DNA of 64,000 nucleotides. It comes from Mustelus asterias (Eukaryota). The position numbers were made by a program, and so were the translations under genes. Where the stretch lies: the NCBI RefSeq assembly GCF_964213995.1, contig NC_135815.1, positions 2,294,001 to 2,358,000 of the forward strand, read 5' to 3'. Below the pieces are notes generated by a model that did not search any database, was not told the DNA's origin, and saw only the letters and a list, made by a program, of their open reading frames with translations. Numbering within the stretch: position 1 is the stretch's first letter; the number at the start of each line of letters is the position of its first letter. This document shows positions 1-11,715 of the stretch, piece by piece.

Positions 1-130
1 CAGAGGGATATGGGCCAAATGCAGGCAATTGGGACAAACTTAAAGGTTAAAAAAAGGGCCAGCATGGACAAGTTGGGCCGAAGGGCCTGTTTCCATGCTG
101 TAAACCTCAATGACTCGATGACTCTATGAC
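1..130 (+). mobile_element. CR1 LINE 3' tail
   Basis: gggccgaagggcctgtttccatgctgta followed by a (ctctatga)-like tail. Confidence 0.8.
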
Positions 131-131
131 C

Positions 132-1146
132 TGTTTTTTATGTCATGGGCCTGAGCTGTCTGATCCGATGCCCTTTCATTGTTGCTAGAATGATACAATA
201 GGTTTTTTGTTTACCTTTAATTTGGGCCTAATGCAATGTCCTGGGGTGTTATGAGTTTTACAACCCTTTTGAATTGTTGGAGGAAGACTGTTTGAAAAGG
301 TCAGGTGCTTCTGGACATTTTTATTTCACAGGGAAATCCAGACTCTTCACTGTCAGTTTTAGTTAGAAGCTGTTAGGACTACAGAATGCAAGCAGTATTT
401 CTCTGTCTGTCCCTGGGATGGGAAATTTAGCTCTTGGGGGTGGCTAGCTAGTAACGAGAGGCAAGGGTTGCCTCTGTTTCCTGAAGTGGTTTGCTGCCTA
501 AATGCTGGCGGCCAGCAGTGGCTGTCTCTCTACCTCGAGGTCTGCTGGGAGCTCCAGGACAGCGAAGTCAGAGTTTCAATTCTCCATCCAAAGGACTAAG
601 TCACAGCAGGTGTTGTAAAGCTGCAAGACCCAGCATCATGTGAGCATACTTAATTTCTGTGTTAAACCGAAACTGGGGTGCATGTTGGTAAGAATATTGG
701 CTGGAATTCTCACCGGTGGGATTCTCCGGTCCTGCCGGCAGCACACACCCGCCCGTGTGTGGCGTGATGACAGAGGGAATTCCCATTGACAGCGGGGGTT
801 CCAGAGAATCCCGCTGCTAGCAAACAACATGCCTCCTCCTGCCACCGGGAAACACTTGGCTGGGAGGCTGGAGAATCTCACCGATTGTGTTGGAAAAGTT
901 TTTGAAGCTGTTAAGATTTATTCGAGATCATGGTTGTATTTTTTCCTGTTTGTAATTGGTCAAAGTTATTGCTAATTGTTTCATTATTTGTTGACTGTAT
1001 TCTGAAATAAACATTGTTTGATAAAAGCTCCCCAGTGGGTCATTCGAATCATCTTATGCTCACCCTCACGGCAAAATTAAATCTAAAGCCTAAGGTCTAA
1101 GCTGACTCCATAAAACACCTTGGAGTTTCTGACCTGGATTATAACA
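132..1146 (+). mobile_element. Solo LTR-like element with an internal MITE (about 699-883)
   Basis: The 3' part (aataaa..gataaaagctccccagtgggtca..caccttggagtttct..aaca) is homologous to the LTRs at 17201-18869 and 31922-33080. Confidence 0.6.
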
Positions 1147-1328
1147 CGGATCATTCTTTTATTTTGGTTTCCTGGCCTGTGTGCCAGCTTCTTCCTTTGA
1201 CTTTATATTCTGTCTCACCTCATACAGCTGCTTAACTTTGCAAGTGGATATTTTTATTCTCGATGAATATCTATTGCATTGTATTGTGCTGAACATTAAT
1301 TTCAATACTTCTCAATGTTCTTCTGTAG

Positions 1329-1367
1329 GTTTATGAATCAATAGCTTCGCTCAGCTTCCCAGTTTAA
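1329..1367 (+). CDS. Candidate terminal exon of an upstream gene (VYESIASLSFPV*)
   Basis: Polypyrimidine acceptor ttctcaatgttcttctgtag| followed by a phase-0 13-codon ORF with a YESI tyrosine motif. No partner exons in the window. Confidence 0.25.
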   Translation, partial: VYESIASLSFPV

Positions 1368-1869
1368 CATGTTGACTTCATGCCTCTTTCCTGCAAAGGC
1401 AGCCTTACCTCAGTTTCAAAGCTTTGTGTATGAGTGATCCTTCTCTGTCTCAAACCTAATATCAACTCTCCCATGTTATGATCACGGTTTGCTAAATGTC
1501 CCCTTCCAGTCAGATTATCAATTAAACCTGTCTGATTATTCATTACTAAATCCACACAAACCCCACCCAGACTGACTGGGTGCTGGGAGCACAAACAAGC
1601 AACAGGGGCTGAAGCTGGAGACTCTTGGGGAAGGAGCCTGACAGATAGTGGGACAAACCCTGAGCCTGGATTGCAGGGCTGAGAGGTCAGTGTGATGCCT
1701 CTTCACAGCTCTGAATAAGAAAAGGACTTTTCCCAGCGCACACACTGAGTGTATTGGAGAATTCGGATCAAAGTGGGAATTCGCTGCAGAGGGAAAGAGA
1801 GGAGCTTTTTCTTTCTAACTTTTTCACCCTTCAGAATGTGGTCCTGCCCAGCTGCAGGAGTAGAGGCGA

Positions 1870-1978
1870 GTGATTTGGTGATTTGATGATTTGATGATCT
1901 CATGAGTTGGTGATTTATTCATTTGGTGATTTGTTGATTTGGTGATTCAGTGATTTAGTGATTAGGTGATTTGGTATT
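1870..1978. repeat. 8-bp tandem repeat (TGATTTGG)n
   Basis: About 13 degenerate units visible. Confidence 0.85.
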
Positions 1979-2907
1979 TCAGCTGCTGTGAGGCAGCATT
2001 GGCAAAATAACAACCATGACACCACAGGAAATTAGTAAATTGATTGGCTGATACAGGCTCGGTGTAAGGGGTAGCGTGTGAAAAACCAGCGGCAGGAGTG
2101 GCACCGCGCTATGGCAACTCGGATATGTGTGTTCCACTCACCTCAAAGTCTCGAGTGAACTGAGATCCATCTTCACATCACTGTTTATCAAACGGCTTTG
2201 AGGCTGACATGATTTCCCGCTGGCGTGACACGTCAGCCTGATGGGATTTCAGTGAGCAGCTGTTTAATGAGTATTCATGATATGCAAATTAATGGAAATT
2301 GTATTCATGCCGCCAGGCAGCAGGGTCACTGACCTGCCATAACCCCGTCTTTAGGAGGATTTACAAACTTCTTTAATCCCGGTGGGATTCCGACTTTTTC
2401 CTTCCTACTGGATTCTCTGCTCCCGACGTCACCAAACTCTCCGCGGGCGGGATAGGAGAATTCCACCCAAAATCTTCCAGTGAGATCCAGCACTGACTCA
2501 CTGCCTGACCTGTATTTCCCTCAATCTGCCTCTCCTGGGACCCCCGCTGGCTCCGTGCCCTTTACCAACATGGAAATGCCAGCTGGAAGATCAGGGATTG
2601 GCTCCCTCACATTTACCTCTAGTCATAAGTTCATAAGATATAGGAGCAGAATTGGGCATTCAGCCCATCGAGTCCGCTCCGCCATTCGATCATGGCTGAT
2701 ATGTTCCTCATCCTCATTTTTCTGCCTTCTCCCCATAACCCTTCAACCCATTACCAATTAAAAATCTGTCTAACTCCTCCTTAAATTTACTCACTGTCCC
2801 AGCATCCACCGCACTTTGGGGTAGCGAATTCCACAGATTCACAACCCTTTGGGAGAAGTAGTTTCTCCTCAACTCTCTTTTAAATTTGCTGCCCCTTATC
2901 CTAAGAC

Positions 2908-3603
2908 TGAAGTCGGTAAAAATACCTCTTGAGGCTGGTATGAGTCAAAACAGAGTAGGCTTTATTCTCACAAGCTTGTGGGAGAACTTGACCCCTTGAA
3001 AGCGGAAGCCAAAGTTCTCTCTGAACACAAGAAGCGTGGACCTTTATACATCAGGGTTCCCAATACAAGTCATGAAGCAAAGTCCAGTTAACAGTCCTTG
3101 ATCATAAATTATAGTTCCTTTCACAGCTTCTGATACACTCTGGTTTATGGTTAGAGACCATCTGGTATCCTTGGGTCATGAAGCGCAATTCTCCTGGTAG
3201 TTGGAGTCAAGATGCAACCTCTGGTCCCCCGCTCTTCCCGCGGCCTTTCCTTTGAAGTGACTGTGTGCGATTGCAGCTGTCCCAGTGGGAGTCCTCCTTC
3301 AAACGGCCATTCTCGCACTCTACCATTTGGTAGCTGCTTCCTTTGTTTAAATCATACACAAGCCTACGGGAAACGTAAGACTTACCACCCAACATTTACA
3401 TTTAACTGTCTGTTTTATCAGAATGATATAAACAAGCAAGAGAACCATGAACAAATGGCTTATACTACTACCAGGAGCAATATAAACAAAGGGGAGACTA
3501 GCCATAAGGAAGGGTTATGTTTGTGATACATTCCAGGTACAAAGTTCAACCTTTTAGGTACAAAATACATTGAGTACAAAAAAAAAACCCTTTCCCTTCT
3601 TCA
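2908..3603 (-). mobile_element. Solo LTR (696 bp)
   Basis: TGAAG...CTTCA termini, 4-bp TSD AGAC (2904-07, 3604-07); interrupts a CR1. Confidence 0.85.
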
Positions 3604-6210
3604 AGACTATGACCTCTTGTCCTAGAATGCCCCACAAGAGGAAGCATCTGCTCCACATCCACTTTATCCATACCTTTTATCATCTTGTATACCTCAATTT
3701 GATCTTCCCTCATTCTTCTAAATTCCAGAGAATATCGGCCGAAACTGTTCAATCTCTCTTCATACGACAAACCCCTCATCTCTGGAATCAATCCAGTGAA
3801 TCTCCTCTGAACTGCCTCCAATGCCACTACATCTTTCCTCAAATACGGGGATCAAAACTGTGCACAATACTTCAGGTGCGGCCTCACCAATGCCTTATAT
3901 TGTTGCAGCAATACTTCCTCACCTTTATATTCTATTCCTTTAGCTATAAATGTTAACATCCCATTTGCTTTCTTTATTGTCTGCTGTAGCTGCATGCTAG
4001 TTTTCTGTGACTCATGAACGAGGACACCCAGATCCCTCTGCACCAGAGCTCCCCAAAGTCTCTCTCCATTTAGATAATAAGTCGCCTTCCCAATTTTTCA
4101 ACCAAAATACATGACCTCACACTTATCCATCTGCCACATTTTGGCCCACTCTCCTAACCTATCTACATCCATTTGAAAAGTTCTTATTTCCTCATTGCAA
4201 CTTACTGTCCTACCTATTTTTGTGTCATCTGCAAATTTGGCTATAGAGCCTTCTATCCCATCCCTGTATCCAAGTCATTAATATAGATTATAAATAGCTG
4301 GGGTCCCAGGACTGAACCCTGTGGCAGCCCACCAGGTACTTCTTGCCATCCAGAAAAAAAACATTTATCCCAACTCTCTGCCTTCTGTCCATCAGCCAAT
4401 CACCTATCCAAGGTAATAAATTACCCTAATCCCATGTGATCTAACCTTGTGAATTAACCTTTTGTGCAGCAATTTATCAAATGCCTTCCAGAAGTCCAGA
4501 TATACTGCATCTACAGCAACCCCATTATCCACTTTGCTTGTTACATCCTCAAAGAACTCTCGCAAATTAGTCAAACATGATTTGCCTTTCATATAACCAT
4601 GCTGCCTCTGATGGACAGTGTTTTGATTTTCCAAATGTCCTGATATTGCTTCCTTGATAATTGATTCCAACACTTTCCCAACAACAGATGTAAAACTAAC
4701 TGGTCTGGCATTTCTGACATTTTGCCTCTCTCCCTTTCTGAATAAGGGCATTACATTAGCATTTTTCCAATCCATTGGAATCTTTCCTGTGTCCAGGGAA
4801 TTTTGGAATATTATAACCAATGGATCCACCATCTCTGCCGCCACTTCCTTTAATACCCTACGATGTTGGCCATCAGGCCTGGGGGACTGAACTGCCCTCA
4901 ATCCCAATAGTTTGCTGAGTACCTTTTCTTATCAATGTTGATCGTTCTAAGTTCTACCCTTTCTATTGCCTCTGACTTGCCTGTTCCTATAGGAATGGTA
5001 CTGGTGTCCTCCACTGTGAAAACTGAGGCAAAGTATTGATTTAGCATCTCTGCCATTTCAGTGTTTCCCACTATTAACTCTCCGGTTTCATCTTCCAAGG
5101 GACCAACATTCACCTGAGCGACTCTCTTCCCTTTTATATACGTATAGAAGCTTTTAGAACATAGAACAGTACAGCACAGAACAGGCCCTTCGGCCCATGA
5201 TGTTGTGCCGAGCTTTATCTGAAACCAAGATCAAGCTATCCCACTCCCTATCATCCTGGTGTGCTCCATGTGCCTGTCCAATAACCGCTTAAATGTTCCT
5301 CAAGTGTCTGACTCCACTATCACTGCAGGCAGTCCATTCCACACCCCAACCACTCTCTTAGTAAAGAACCTACCTCGGACATCCTTCCTATATCTTCCAC
5401 CATGAACCCTATAGTTATGCCCCCTTGTAATAGCTCCATCCACCCGAGGAAATAGTCTTTGAACATTCACTCTATCTATCCCCTTCATCATTTTATAAAC
5501 CTCTATTAAGTCTCCCCTCAACCTCCTCCGCTCCAGAGAGAACAGCCCTAGCTCCCTCAACCTTTCCTCATATGACCTACCCTCCAAACCAGGCAGCGCC
5601 CTGGTAAATCTCCTTTGCACTCTTTCCAGCGCTTCCACATCCTTCTTATAGTGAGGTGACCAGAACTGCACACAATATTCCAAATGTGGTCTCACCAAGG
5701 TCCTGTACAGTTGCAGCATAACCCCACGGCTCTTAAACTCCAACCCCCTGTTAATAAAAGCTCACACACTATAGTCCTTCTTCACAGCTCTATCCACTTG
5801 AGTGGCAACCTTCAGAGATTTGTGGATATGGACCCCAAGATCTCTCTGTTCCTCCAAAGTCTTCAGAACCCTACCGTTGACCCTGTAATCCACATTTAAA
5901 TTTGTCCTACCAAAATGAATCACCTCACATTTATCAGGGTTAAACTCCATCTGCCATTTTTCAGCCCAACTTTGCATCCTATCTATGTCTCTTTGCAGTC
6001 TACAACAGCCCTCCACCTCATCCACTACTCCGCCAATCTTGGTGTCATCAGCAAATCTACTGATCCACCCTTCAGCCCCCTCCTCCAAGTCATTGATAAA
6101 AATCACAAAAAGCAGAGGACCAAGCACTGATCCCTGTGGCACTCCGCTAGCAACCTGCCTCCAGTCCAAAAATTTTCCATCCACCACCACCCTCTGTCTT
6201 TGATCAGATA

Positions 6211-7440
6211 TGATGTGGAGATACCGGCGTTGGACTGGGGTAAGCACAGTAAGAAGTCTCACAACACCAGGTTAAAGTCCAACAGGTTTATTTGGTAGCA
6301 AATACCATAAGCTTTCGGAGCAATGCTCCTTCGTCAGATGGAGTGGTCTCTGTTCTCAAACAGGGCACAGACACAGAAATCAAATTACAGAATACTGATT
6401 AGAATGCAAATCTCTACAGCCAGCCAGGTCTTAAATGCACAGACAATGTGGGTGGAGGGAGCATTCAACACAGGTTAAAGAGATGTGTATTGTCTCCAGA
6501 CAGTACAGCTTGTGAAATTGTGCAAGTCCAGGAGTCAAGCTGTGGGGGTTACTGATAATGTGACATAAATCCAACATCCCGGTTTAGACCGTCCTCATGT
6601 GTGCGAAACTTGGCTATCAAACATCTTGCCTTCAAACAACCACGCAACCTCAAACAGACCATTGTCCGCAGCAAACTACCCAGCCTTCAGGAGAACAGTG
6701 ACCACGACACCACACAACCCTGCCACAGCAACCTCTGCAAGACGTGCCGGATCATCAACACGGATGCCATCATCTCACGTGAGAACACCATCTACCAGGT
6801 ACATGGTACCTACTCTTGCAACTCGGCCAACGTTGTCTACCTGATACGCTGCAAGAAAGGATGTCCCGAGGCATGGTACATTGGGGAAACCATGCAGACG
6901 CTACGACAACGGATGAATGAACACCGCTCGACAATCACCAGGCAAGACTGTTCTCTTCCTGTGGGGGAGCACTTCAGCAGTCACGGGCATTCAGCCTTGG
7001 ATCTTCAGGTAAGCGTTCTCCAAGGAGGCCTTCACGACACACGACAGCGCAGAGTCACTGAGCAGAAACTGATAGCCAAGTTTCGCACACATGAGGACGG
7101 TCTAAACCGGGATGTTGGATTTATGTCACATTATCAGTAACCCCCAAAGCTTGACTCCTGGACTTGCACAATTTCACAAGCTGTACTGTCTGGAGACAAT
7201 ACACATCTCTTTAACCAGCGTTGAATGCTCCCTCCACCCACATTGTCTGTGCATTTAAGACCTGGCTGGCTGTAGAGATTTGCATTCTAATCAGTATTCT
7301 GTAATTTGATTTCTGTGTCTGTGCCCTGTTTGAGAACAGAGACCACTCCATCTGACGAAGGAGCATTGCTCCGAAAGCTTATGATATTTGCTACCAAATA
7401 AACCTGTTGGACTTTAACCTGGTGTTGTGAGACTTCTTAC
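6211..7440 (+). mobile_element. Penelope-like element: GIY-YIG endonuclease fragment with inverted pseudo-LTRs
   Basis: ORF 6601-7140 (NVVYLIRC..WYIGET..RMNEH..GLN); about 370-bp inverted repeat (6248-6619 vs 7070-7441); TSD tttgatcagata. Confidence 0.92.
7349..7383 (+). ncRNA. Minimal hammerhead ribozyme motif in the Penelope pseudo-LTR
   Basis: CAU-CUGACGA-A-GGAGC(auu)GCUCC-GAAA-GCUU-AUG: conserved core, stem II, palindromic stem III (AGCU) and stem I CAU/AUG. Mirrored on the - strand in the left arm. Confidence 0.7.
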
Positions 7441-10400
7441 TTTGATCAGATAGCCGGTTACCTATCCATCGGCCAACTTTCCCTCTATCCCACACCTCCT
7501 TACTTTAATCATAAGCCGACCATGGGGGACCTTATCAAAGGCCTTACTAAAATCCATGTATGTGACATCAACTGCCCTACCTTCATCAATTCACTTAGTT
7601 ACCTCCTTAAAAAATACTATCAAATTTGTGAGGCACGACTTGCCCTTCACAAATCCGTGCTGACTATCCTGGATTAATCCACATCTTTCTAAATGGTCGT
7701 AAATCCCATCCCTAAGGACCTTTTCCATCAACTTACCAACCACCGAAGTAAGACTAACCGGCCTATAATTACCAGGTAATTTCTATTCCCTTTCTTAAAC
7801 AGAGGAACAACATTCTCCAGTCCTCTGGCACCATCCCCGTGGACAGTGAGGACCCAAAGATCAAAGCCAAAGGCTCTGCAATCTCATCCCTTGCCTCCCA
7901 AAGAATCCTAGGATATATTTCATCAGGCCCAGGGGACTTATCGACCTTCAGTTTATTCAAAACTGCTCATACATCCTCCCTCCAAACATCTACCTCCTCC
8001 AGCCTATTAGCCTGTAACCCCCTCTCTTCCTCAAAAACATGGCCCCTCTCCTTGGTGAACACTGAAGAAAAGTATTCATTCATCACCTCGCCTATCTCTA
8101 CTGACTCCATACACAAGTTCCCACTACTGTCCTTGACTGGCCCTAACCTCGCCCTGGTCATTCTTTTATTCCTCACATAAGAGTAAAAAGCCTTAGGGTT
8201 TTCCTTGATCTGACCCGCCAAGGACTTCTCATGCCCCCTCCTAGCTCTCCTAAGCCCCTTTTTCAGCTCATTCCTTGCTAACTTGTAAGCCTCAATCGAG
8301 CCATCTGAACTTTGTTTCCTCATCCCGACATAAGCTTCCCTCTTCCTTTTTACAAGACATTCCACCTCTTTTGTGAACCATGGTTTCCTCACTCGGCCAT
8401 TTCTTCCCTGCCTGACAGGGACATACCTATCAAGAACACACAGTATTTGTTCCTTGAAAAAGTTCCACTTTTCATTAGTGCCTTTCCCTGACAGTTTCTA
8501 TTCCCATCTTATGCCCCCTAATTCTTGCCTAATCGCATCATAAGTACCTCTCCCCCAATTATAAATCTTGCCCTTCCGTACGGCCCTATCCCTCTCCATT
8601 GCAATAACAAAAGACACCGAATTGTGGTCACTATCTCCAAAGTGCTCACCCACAACCAAATCGAACACTTTGCCCAGTTCATTTCCCAATACCAAATCCA
8701 ATGTGGCCCCACCTTTTGTCGGCCTATCCACTTATTGTGTCAGGAAACCCTCCTGCACACACTGCACAAAAACTGCCCCATCCGAACTATTTGACCTACA
8801 AAGGTTCCAATCAATATTTGGAAAGTTAAAGTCCCCCATGACAACTACCCTGTGACCCCCACACCTATCCATAATCTGCTTAGCAATTTCTTCCTCCACA
8901 TCTCTATTACTATTTGGGGGCCTACAGTAAACTCCTAACAACGTGACCGCTCCTTTCCTATTTCTAACTTCAGCCCATATTACCTCAATATGCAGATGCC
9001 CCTCGAAGTGCCTTTCCGCAGCCGTTAAACTATCCTTGATTAACAATGCTACTCCTCCACCTCTTTTACCAGCTTCCCTACAATTACTGAAACATCTATA
9101 CCCCGGAACGTCCAACAACCATTCCTGTCCTTGTTCGACCCATGTCTCCGTAATGGCCACAACATTGTTTTCCCAAGTACCAATCCACGCCCCAAGTTCA
9201 TCTACCTTGTTCCGGATGCTCCTTGCATTGAAGTAGACACACTTCAACCCACCTTCCTCTCTACTGGTACCCACCCTTGACCTTGATATCTTCCCCAATA
9301 CCTCATTACCCTCAACACTGACTTCTGGACTACAACTCCTTTTCCCACCCCCCCTGACAAATTAGTTTAAACCCCCCTGAAGAGCCGTAGCAAATTTCCC
9401 TTCCAGGGTATTGGTACCCCTCTGGTTCAGGTGCATCCCGTCCTGTTTGTACAGGTCCCACCTTCCCCAGAATGTGTTCCAATTATTCACGTATCTGAAA
9501 CCCTCCCTCCTACACCATCCCTGCAACCACATGTTTAACTGCACTCTCTCCCTGTTCCTCAACTCGCTACCACGTGGCACCGGCAACGTACCACAGATGT
9601 CCACATGTTTTGTCTTGGCTCTCAGCTTCCAGCCCAGCTCCCTAAATTCCTGGTTAATCCCCATCCCTTCTCTTACCTATGTCGTTGGTACCAATGTGGA
9701 CCACGACATGTGACTGTTCCACCTCCCCCTTATGAATTCGGAAAACACGGTCCAAGACGTCACGGACCCTGGCATCCGGTCGGCAATATACCATCCATGA
9801 GTCTCTGTTGCTGCCACAGAACCTCCTATCTATCCCTCTAACTAACGAGTCCCCAATAACTATTGCCCTCCCGCTCTCCCCCTTACCCTCCAGAGCCACA
9901 GGGACGGACTCAGTGCTGGAGATCTGCTTACTGCGGCTCACCACTGGTATGTCGTCCCCCTCAACTGCATCCAAAGCGGAATACTTGTTGCTAAAGGGGA
10001 ACGACCACAGGGGAACCCTGCACTGACTGCTTCCTCCCAGCCCCTCTCACTGTCACCCATCTATTTTCCTTTCCTGGAGTAACTATATCCACAAAGCTTC
10101 TGTCTATGGCCACCTCTGCCTCCCTAATGATCCTAAGTTCATCCAACTCCAGCTCCAGTTCCCTAACACGGTTTTGGAGGAGCTGCAGATGGGTGCACTT
10201 CCCACAGGTGTAATCAGCAGGGACACTGACGGCGCCCCTCACCTCAAACATACTGCAAGAGGAACATAGCACTGCCTTCACACCCATCCCCTCGAGATAC
10301 CTTGCCAATGCCACTAGCACATAGAGTTGCTCCAATGGAACAATGAACTATTTTCCCCCTCATTTCCTTGGAATCCACATGGACTGAACTTAAGATTTGC

Positions 10401-11715
10401 AATTGAAGAGACAACAAAATGAATTCAACTTACCCCGCCTCACCCTTTCCGCCATCCCTTGTAGCCAAAGCCCTTACAGCTCTCACTCTGCTCCCTGCTT
10501 ACTCCTCTGCCCGCGACAACGCTGCCCGCTACAACGCTGCCTGCTCAAAAGTGCGGCCTGCTTTTAAACTCACCAAAAACCTTCCCAAGCCTCTCCTGGG
10601 CCTACTTCCGGTTTCGGAAAAAACCTCCGATTTTAAACACAAAAATCACTGAAAAATAAATAAATAAATCAAGTCGAGAAACAAACTCTCTTACCCTCAG
10701 CCTGCTCCTGTGGAACAATGTGGAACTTTTATGATCCTTATTGATATTTTGCAATGGTTTTCTTTTGTAATTTAGCATGGCCCTTTTTATTACTTTTTTA
10801 GTATCCCTTTATTTATGTTTGAAAGTTTCCCAATCTTCCAGCCTGCTGCTGGTCTTTGCAAGATGGTATACCTTAGTTTTTGTCTTTATATTGTCCATGA
10901 CCTCCTTGTTTAGCCATGGATGTTTTTTACCCCCCTTCCCACCTTTCTTCCTCACTGGGATATGTTTGATTGTGAGGACTTGAGTATCTCCTTAAACAAC
11001 GGCCACTGCTCATCCACTTTCCAGCCTTTCAGCCATCCTGCCCACTACTTGGGCCAACTCTGTCCTCATGTCTATGTAATTTCCTTTGTTTAATTCCAGA
11101 ACGCGAGTGTGAGACTCCACTTTCTCACCCCCAAACTGGATTTTGAATTCTATCACACTATGGTCACTGCTCCCCAGAGGATCCTTAACTATGAGGTCAT
11201 CAATTAATCCCTCCTCCCTTCACAATACCAAATCCAGAGTCGCCTCCTCCCTGGTTGGTTCCACAACATACTGTTCCAGGAAACAATCTCTAATACATTC
11301 AATGAACTCTGCCTCCAGGCTACTTTTGCCTATTTGATTCTTCCAATCAATATGCATATTAAAATCACCCATGATTATTACCGTGCCTTTCTTGCCCCCA
11401 GTATTTCCTGGTTTATACTGTGCCCCACTGCAGAACTACTGCTTGGGGACCTATAGATTACTCCCACCAAGCACTTCTTCCCTTTGCTATTTCTTATTTC
11501 TACCCAGACTGATTCCACATCTCGATCTCCCGTGCTTATGTCATTTCTCATTACAGCACGGATCCCTTCCTTCACTAGAAAAGCTACACCACCTCCTTTT
11601 CCTTTCTGTCTATCTTTCCGAAATGCTGAGTACCCTTGGACATTCAATTTCCAGACCTGATCTCCTTGTAACCATGTCTCAGTAATTGCCAACAAATCAT
11701 ACCCTTCTGTTCCTA

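Larger units (their letters stand above)
5155..10725 (-). mobile_element. Near full-length CR1 LINE (ORF1 with SGNH-esterase-like domain, ORF2 APE+RT), disrupted
   Basis: ORF pieces with [37 protein letters not shown]; (tagaaca)n tail; interrupted by a Penelope element. Confidence 0.92.

Noticed and set aside
1651-1674. GQTLSLDC resembling an Ig B strand
   Set aside because: Flanked by stops, with no Trp or YxC and no usable splice sites.
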